DNA of 64,000 nucleotides from Acidobacteriota bacterium (GTDB lineage Bacteria; Acidobacteriota; UBA6911; RPQK01; JADFOI01): NCBI GenBank assembly GCA_965218935.1, contig CBDCMH010000008.1, positions 117,229 to 181,228 of the forward strand, read 5' to 3'. Shown piece by piece: positions 57,879 to 64,000 of this stretch (position 1 is its first letter; each line of letters starts with the position of its first letter). The notes under the pieces were generated by a model. It saw only the letters and a program-made list of their open reading frames with translations, ran no database searches and was not told where the DNA came from. The position numbers and the translations under genes were made by a program.

Positions 57879-58835
57879 TTAGATTGGATTTTTCCTGGCG
57901 AAGTAGCCCTTCTTGGCCCGGACCTTGAAGCCTCTTTCCTTGGCATCTTTGACGATCACGTCCGTTGTGCGCCAAGTTCCATCCTGTATCGAATTACTGG
58001 AGACGTAGGCCAGGTGGTATTGGTTGCGCAATTCATAGGCAATGGAGTGAAAGACGTCATTGAGTTGGCCAATCTTGTCGGGAAAAAAAGCCTCCCCTCC
58101 CGTGCTTTGAGGGATGTCCTGAATCTTTTGCTGAATTTTATCTCTTTCTGACTTGAAGACGCCGAAGAACCCACCGCTTTGCGAGAGATCCGAATCCAGG
58201 AAAGCAACGATGTAGAGTTGAACGTCGCTTTCCTCGACCTTCTCGATGAGTTCCTCGTGGGAAAAGTAACTGTCCTTGTCCTCTCCGTCGGTAAAGACGA
58301 TTAGGGTCTTTTTCGCTTCGTTTCCCTGCAGGATCTTATCCACCGCCAGAAAAATGGCATCGTATAGAGCCGTACCTCCCGAGATGACAACGTTATCCAG
58401 GGCATCGTAGATATCTTCCACATCTCGGGTGAAGTCCTGTTCCAACCGGACTTCGTCCTTAAAGGCAACGAAAAAGAGTTCGTTTTCGGGATTGTTCTTG
58501 GAGAGAAAGAGGCGAGTGGCGTCATTCACCAGATCGAACTTATCCCGCATGCTTCCACTGGAATCGATAACGACCCCAACCGTTGATGGGACATCGTCCT
58601 GGCCAAAGTAAGTGATTTCCTGCTGGACCTTGTTTTCATAAATGAGGAAATCCTCTTTCGTAAGACCCGTGACCAGGGTGCTGTCTCTGTCGTAGACCGA
58701 TGAATAGATCACGATCTGCTCGACCTCGGTACGAAACTGGGCAGGAGTGCCTTGCTGTCCATACCCGTGGGTTAAAGCAAGGGCCAGAACGGAGATACTT
58801 AAGGCAACGTGTTTTGAGGAGCTTGAGTCCAACAT
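57879..58835 (-). CDS. VWA-domain protein (Acidobacterial type)
   Basis: IDSSGSM, TALYD, TDGED, ELRNQY. Confidence 0.9.
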   Translation of the reverse strand: MLDSSSSKHVALSISVLALALTHGYGQQGTPAQFRTEVEQIVIYSSVYDRDSTLVTGLTKEDFLIYENKVQQEITYFGQDDVPSTVGVVIDSSGSMRDKFDLVNDATRLFLSKNNPENELFFVAFKDEVRLEQDFTRDVEDIYDALDNVVISGGTALYDAIFLAVDKILQGNEAKKTLIVFTDGEDKDSYFSHEELIEKVEESDVQLYIVAFLDSDLSQSGGFFGVFKSERDKIQQKIQDIPQSTGGEAFFPDKIGQLNDVFHSIAYELRNQYHLAYVSSNSIQDGTWRTTDVIVKDAKERGFKVRAKKGYFARKNPI

Positions 58836-58853
58836 GGATCTCGGTGAAGGAGC

Positions 58854-59753
58854 CTATTTCCGAGGGGCGAAATAACCCTCTTTGGCACGAACCTTCAATC
58901 TTGGCATGCCTTCAGGAGGTTTCAGATCAACCTTGAGCTTACGCCATGTGCCGTCGTTTCTGCGGTCTGTGGGAGTGTAGCCCACCAGGTATTGATTGCG
59001 CAGCTCGGAGTGGATCAGGTCACAGAAATAGTCCAGTTGTTTGAAATTGTTGGGGAAGAAGGCTCGACCACCTGTGAGACGGACAATCTCGGTAATGATG
59101 TTACGTCCGTAACCCATGTCTCCCCTTTCGCCGATCACGTAGATTTGGGCGTCGGATTCCTTGACGAAGTCCTTGAGCTCGCTGAACGTGTAGCGGCTGC
59201 TGTTGTCTTCGCCGTCGGTAATGATGATCAGAGCTTTCTTTTCATTGCGAGCGGCACGAATTTTTTCCAGGCCAAGGTAAATGGCGTCATACAAAGCTGT
59301 CCGGCCCTTGGGGTTTTTGACGGTAATCTCGTTCTGGATGTTTTCGCTTCGATTGGTGAAATCTCGCACCAGTGAGGAGCGCTCATTGAAACTGACCAGG
59401 AAATATTCGTCGGATGGATCGCCCTGTTCCAGAAACCGAATCACGGCACTACGAGCGCTCAGGATATTGTCTCCCATGGACCCGCTCATATCGAGGATGA
59501 TGCCCACGCTGATGGGGGTTTTGTCGTTGGAGAAATGGGTCAGAGTCTGCTGGAGCTTGTTTTCAAAGACCTTGAAATGCTCCCGTTCCAAGCCCACCAC
59601 GTAGCGATTGAGGGGATCTGTTACCGTTACTCGCAGCACGACCGTGTCTACGTTGACCCGAAAACGGGGCGCCTGCTCCTCGTTTTCGCCTGCAACTAAA
59701 CCGGCGGGAGATACAAAAACACCAAGAAGAAAGGGCAACAGAAGCCTTCTCAT
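58854..59753 (-). CDS. VWA-domain protein (Acidobacterial type)
   Basis: LDMSGSM, TALYD, TDGEDN, ELRNQY. Confidence 0.9.
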   Translation of the reverse strand: MRRLLLPFLLGVFVSPAGLVAGENEEQAPRFRVNVDTVVLRVTVTDPLNRYVVGLEREHFKVFENKLQQTLTHFSNDKTPISVGIILDMSGSMGDNILSARSAVIRFLEQGDPSDEYFLVSFNERSSLVRDFTNRSENIQNEITVKNPKGRTALYDAIYLGLEKIRAARNEKKALIIITDGEDNSSRYTFSELKDFVKESDAQIYVIGERGDMGYGRNIITEIVRLTGGRAFFPNNFKQLDYFCDLIHSELRNQYLVGYTPTDRRNDGTWRKLKVDLKPPEGMPRLKVRAKEGYFAPRK

Positions 59754-59805
59754 ATGATTAACCTTATATCTATGATAACGGATTATCCCTCAGAAGAAAA
59801 GGTGG

Positions 59806-61305
59806 CGAATTGCCTCATCAAAAATCTATTCGAAATGGATACGTTGCCTCATTAAAAAATCTATTCGAAATTGCCTGGCCCTGAGCAGGGGAATAGAAGT
59901 GTCCTCCATGAAGGAATGGAGGGCACCAATGAGGTTAACGATGGCAGAAAAGCGTGTATTGATCAAAAGTTTTGCCCCCCGCTACCGGAAGAAGGGCAAG
60001 AAGGTGAAGGGGGAAGTGTTGACGGAGTTTACCCAAATGACGGGCTACAACCGCTGCTATGGAGCCTATCTGCTTCGCCACCAGGGCAAGCGGATCCGGT
60101 TGAGCCCCAAGCTGGTGGCGGTAGGGGATATCGGCAAGAGAGTACGGCGAGAGCGGGCCCGCAAATACGACCAGAAAGTTCTAAAGGCGCTGACGATGAT
60201 CTGGGAGATACTGGACTATTTGTGTGGCAAACGTCTGGTCGCGATTTTGCCGGAAGTGGTACCCATTTTACAAAGACATGGGGAACTGAAAGTGGATGCC
60301 AGCACCCATGAGCGGTTGATGCAGATCAGCGCCGCCACCATCGATCGGCTGCTGGAGCCCGAAAGGTGCAAGCACCGTCTCAAAGGACGATCCGGAACCA
60401 AGCCGGGAACGCTGCTCAAACACCAGATTCCGATCAAGCGTTTCGCCGACTGGCAGGAGGATCGCCCCGGTTTTGTGGAAGTGGACCTGGTGGGCCATGA
60501 GGGAGGCCAGGGTCGGGGGGACTACCTTCAAACCCTGGATGTGACGGACGTGTACACGGGCTGGACAGAGGTCCGAGCGGTGCGCAATAAGGCCCAGGTG
60601 TGGGTCCTGGAAGCGATGAAGCTGCTTCAGAAGCGCTCGCCCTTCCCTTGGCTGGGGATGGCTTCGGACAACGGCAGCGAGTTCATCAACAAGCACTTGA
60701 TTCGTTTTTGTGAGCAGGAAAAGATCAGCTTCAGCCGAACCCGCCCCTCGCGCAAGAATGACAACCCTTATGTGGAGCAGAAAAACTATTCGGTGGTTCG
60801 GCGGGCCGTGGGTTATGCTCGCTACGAGGGAGAGCGAGAACAGGAGCTGGTGAACGAGTTGTACGATCGGCTGCGACTGCAGATCAACTTTTTCAAGCCG
60901 GTCATGAAGATGGTGGCCAAGCAACGTCGAGGGTCTCGGATCTGGAAAAAGTATGATGTGCCGAAAACTCCCTACCGGAGGATCTGCGAGTCCCCTGAGG
61001 TGGCGGACAAGATCAAGCGGGAACTGGCCCGAGAGTATGAGAAGCTCAATCCGGCCCAGCTGGCACGGCAGATCGGCTGGCTTCAGAATTGCCTTTTGCT
61101 CAAACCGACTCCTGAGCAGAAGAAACGATGGGAAGCGGGCTGGATGTGAAAATCTTTCTCTTGCTGCAGGCTGCGGGTGTTGGGCAAGGGGTTGCCACTC
61201 CTCTGGTTGGTGCTTTTTACCACCACTTTTTGCAATCCCTTTCGGATAGATTCTTAGTGAGGCAACGAATACCCTTTGGAATAGATTTTTACGTGAGGCA
61301 ACGGG
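59806..61305 (+). mobile_element. 1,500-bp DDE IS copy 3 (transposase 59899-61149)
   Basis: Same 416-aa protein as copy 1; 5-bp TSD GGTGG (59801-59805; 61306-61310). Confidence 0.92.
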
Positions 61306-61335
61306 GGTGGAGTTCCGTCGGAAATCCGACCACCT

Positions 61336-63591
61336 TCAGGTTTGATGGATCTCGGAGAAATAGTCCGGCGGAACCAGGACCTCTCGAGCCTTGCTTCCTT
61401 CGGGTGGACCAATCAATCCCTCATGCTGCATCATGTCCAACAGCCGGGCTGCTCGTCCATATCCGATTCTCAGCCGGCGCTGAAGCAGAGAAGTTGAAGC
61501 CCTCCCGGTCTCGACCACAAATCGCGCCGCCTCCTGGTAGAGCTCATCCTCCAGATCCCCGATCTTGACAATGGTGTTGTCTATTGCTTTGTCTTTCTCA
61601 ACCAACACTTCCTCCTGATACTCAGGCTGAGCCTGTTGTTTGAGGAAGTCCGTGACCTTATGGATCTCCTTTTCGCTGATGTAGCCCCCATGGAGGCGGA
61701 TCAAACGAGAAGTTCCAGGAGGCAGGAAGAGCATGTCTCCTTCGCCCAGCAGCTGTTCCGCACCGTTGCAGTCCAAAATGGTGCGAGAATCAACTTTGGA
61801 GGACACACGAAAAGAAATGCGGCAGGGGAAGTTGGCCTTAATGAGCCCGGTCAGGACGTCCACGGAGGGGCGTTGGGTGGCCAGTATCAGGTGGATGCCA
61901 ATGGCCCGGGCCATTTGGGCCAGACGAGTCACCGAGGCTTCCACTTCCTTGCCCGCGGTCATCATCAAGTCTGCCAGCTCATCTACGATCAAGACAATAT
62001 AGGGCAGCGGGGTTCTCTCTTCGGGATCTTCCCCCCTGCGATGGACCAACTTGTTGTACTGATCTATGTTGCGTACGCCCTCCTGGGCTAACAACTTATA
62101 GCGTCCTTCCATCTCGCTGACGGTCCAGGCCAGGGCAATGGAGGCCTGTTTGGGATCGGTGACGATGGGAGTGAGCAAATGGGGGATGTCCTCGTAAACT
62201 CCCAATTCCAGCCGTTTGGGGTCAATCATGATAAAGCGCACCTGGGCCGGACTGCTCTTATAGAGAATCGAACAGACGGCACAGTTCAGGGCCACACTCT
62301 TGCCGGAACCGGTGGCCCCGGCGATGAGAAGATGAGGCATGCTGGCCAGATCGCTGATGTAAGTATTGCCGTTGATCAGTTTACCCAGTGCCAGGGTGAG
62401 TGGGGAACCGGACTGTTGAAAGGCGGCCCCCTCCAGGAGTTCGCGCAGACGGATAGGTTGGCGATGAAGATTGGGAACTTCGATCCCCACCGTGTTCTTC
62501 CCGGGAATTCGATCAATGCGAATCGACTCCGCCTTCAGGGCCAGGCACAGGTCGTCGGCCAGGTTGGTGATCCTGCTGTACTTGATCCCGGGCTCGGGCT
62601 TGAACTCAAAAGTAGTAACAATCGGACCCGGATGTATTTGCAGAACTCGACCATGAACGTCGAATTCTGCACATTTAGTGGCCATGATTTCAGCCCGCTG
62701 GATGAGTTGCTGTTCATCGATGGCGTCCTCACCCGAAGGGACCTGAAGAAAAGACAAAGGGGGAGTTCGATAAGGACGGGCGATCTGAGTTCCAAGGGCA
62801 GGGTTGAAGCTGTCCGGTGGTTCCTCTACTGCTTCTGCAGGCGATGGATTCGATGTGGGGGGAAGCATGACTTTAACGGTGGGCCTTTCCCCCTCTCCTG
62901 CAGCGGCTGCCAGTGGCTGACCCAGGAACACCTTCTTAGGAGGGGACTGGGCCACCAGCCTTCTTTTGTCCTGACTCAATTGAGCCAGTTTCCTCCTGTC
63001 CTGACGACGTCTTCGCCAATCGGCCCAGCGGGTACGCATGGCCCACAGGGCCCTCCAGTTGAGATCCTGAATCCAACTGAGGGTCTGGTCTATGGAAAGG
63101 CGGGTGGTCACCATCAGAGAGAGGATCAAGAAGGTCACCACCACCACCAGCGATCCGGGAGTGTTCAGGAACATCAAAAGCACGTTGACAAACAGAATAC
63201 CCAGAATGCCTCCGGCCGTGAAGTTGACGGTCTCCGGCAGGTTGGGAGAAATCAGGGTCAGTCCGGCGCTAAGTGTGGCAAGGGTACAACAAAAGGCAAA
63301 GAGCTTGATGAAGGGATATTCCAGGGGGCGATTGCGCAGCGTCTTGTAACCCACCGCGATAAGGAGCACCGGAAGGTACAGGGCAGCCAGTCCCAGAATC
63401 TGAAATAGAAAGTCGGAACTCAAAGCTCCTACCTTACCCACGTAATTCGCGTACTGCTGGCTGGAGGAAGAAACACTGGCCGAAGGGTCCAGGCCGTTGT
63501 AGCTCAACAGGGAGAGGATGAGAAGCAGCGAACCGGCCAGAGACAAAACTCCGATGAGCTCACTGGCCTTGTGTTTCGGATAGAAGAGCAT
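61336..63591 (-). CDS. ftsK: DNA translocase FtsK
   Basis: N-terminal TMs, GATGSGKS, IVDELAD, LQRRLRIGYGRAA gamma domain. Confidence 0.96.
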   Translation of the reverse strand: MLFYPKHKASELIGVLSLAGSLLLILSLLSYNGLDPSASVSSSSQQYANYVGKVGALSSDFLFQILGLAALYLPVLLIAVGYKTLRNRPLEYPFIKLFAFCCTLATLSAGLTLISPNLPETVNFTAGGILGILFVNVLLMFLNTPGSLVVVVTFLILSLMVTTRLSIDQTLSWIQDLNWRALWAMRTRWADWRRRRQDRRKLAQLSQDKRRLVAQSPPKKVFLGQPLAAAAGEGERPTVKVMLPPTSNPSPAEAVEEPPDSFNPALGTQIARPYRTPPLSFLQVPSGEDAIDEQQLIQRAEIMATKCAEFDVHGRVLQIHPGPIVTTFEFKPEPGIKYSRITNLADDLCLALKAESIRIDRIPGKNTVGIEVPNLHRQPIRLRELLEGAAFQQSGSPLTLALGKLINGNTYISDLASMPHLLIAGATGSGKSVALNCAVCSILYKSSPAQVRFIMIDPKRLELGVYEDIPHLLTPIVTDPKQASIALAWTVSEMEGRYKLLAQEGVRNIDQYNKLVHRRGEDPEERTPLPYIVLIVDELADLMMTAGKEVEASVTRLAQMARAIGIHLILATQRPSVDVLTGLIKANFPCRISFRVSSKVDSRTILDCNGAEQLLGEGDMLFLPPGTSRLIRLHGGYISEKEIHKVTDFLKQQAQPEYQEEVLVEKDKAIDNTIVKIGDLEDELYQEAARFVVETGRASTSLLQRRLRIGYGRAARLLDMMQHEGLIGPPEGSKAREVLVPPDYFSEIHQT

Positions 63592-63654
63592 AGTGCTAGA
63601 ACAACTTACCTTACCAGTTACGGGTGACTCGGGTGACACTCAGGAGCGGACTTC

Positions 63655-63722
63655 CTGACCCACTAACCTCCTGACCTCTATTTGATGTCAGGCAGTCAGG
63701 AGGTTAGCTGGTCAGGAGGTCA
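63655..63722. repeat. Repeat-built inverted repeat between rnj and ftsK
   Basis: ctaacctcctgac / gtcaggaggttag 13-bp perfect IR plus extra tcctgac/gtcagg units. Confidence 0.65.
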
Positions 63723-63728
63723 GCTTCC

Positions 63729-64000
63729 TCAGTTTTCAATCGTCACCGGCAGAATCAGTGGTCTCTTGCCGGTTTGTTTTCGCAGAAACCGCTTGAGGCC
63801 CTTTCGAAGGATCTCCTTAAAGAGCTCCTCATCCCGCCTTTCTTCGGCCGTTGTCTGGGCCACCAGACGGGAGACTTCATCTTGAGCCGCCTCCATGAGT
63901 TCCGAGGATGTGTCCATGAGCACAAAGCCTCTGGAAACCAGTTCCGGCTTACCTCGGAGATTCCCAGTGAGGGGGTCCATTTGCAGAACCAGGACCACGA
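63729..64000 (-). CDS. rnj: Ribonuclease J, C-terminal part (truncated by window edge)
   Basis: PELVSRGF...RFLRKQTGKRPLILPV. Confidence 0.85.
   Translation of the reverse strand, partial: VVLVLQMDPLTGNLRGKPELVSRGFVLMDTSSELMEAAQDEVSRLVAQTTAEERRDEELFKEILRKGLKRFLRKQTGKRPLILPVTIEN

Noticed and set aside
122-63408. Long antisense/alternate-frame ORFs (e.g. 643-1224, 20326-21402, 33404-34537, 46026-47315, 53849-54712, 62179-63408)
   Set aside because: They are shadows of well-supported genes in GC-rich DNA and have no motifs.
1-64000. CRISPR array or cas genes
   Set aside because: No regularly spaced repeat-spacer series; the FG-GAP, YD and heptamer repeats have other explanations.

Overview
Bacterial chromosomal segment, most likely from an uncultured Acidobacteriota genome. 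This is inferred from four paralogous Acidobacterial-type VWA proteins and the gene order; no taxonomy search was run. About 22.5-42.7 kb and 46.9-64 kb is housekeeping backbone: gcvT/H/PA/PB, ccsA-hemA-hemC-hemD, S2P-trpS-scpA-scpB-rluB-ribE-ribBA, amidase, SLT, alaS, recX, ilvE, ftsK and rnj. About 0-22.5 kb is accessory. It holds a 5'-truncated Rhs/YD protein with a 7-blade FG-GAP insert, a hydrophobic C-terminal domain and a small membrane partner, a Tat-exported ThDP enzyme paired with a cytochrome c, and several pseudogene remnants. Mobile DNA is dense: three copies of a 1,500-bp DDE element with 5-bp TSDs, a triple-nested IS481 > IS3-like > DDE stack at 42.8-46.8 kb, and several MITE-like elements. 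The best-supported discovery is an IS1111-type (IS110 family) element at 10705-12232. Its exact ends, AG core and target can be read directly: the target is a dispersed hairpin repeat with two unoccupied copies at about 14.25 and 18.2 kb. Candidate target-guide segments in a structured loop of its downstream non-coding RNA region can also be read directly. No CRISPR array, rRNA or complete tRNA was seen.
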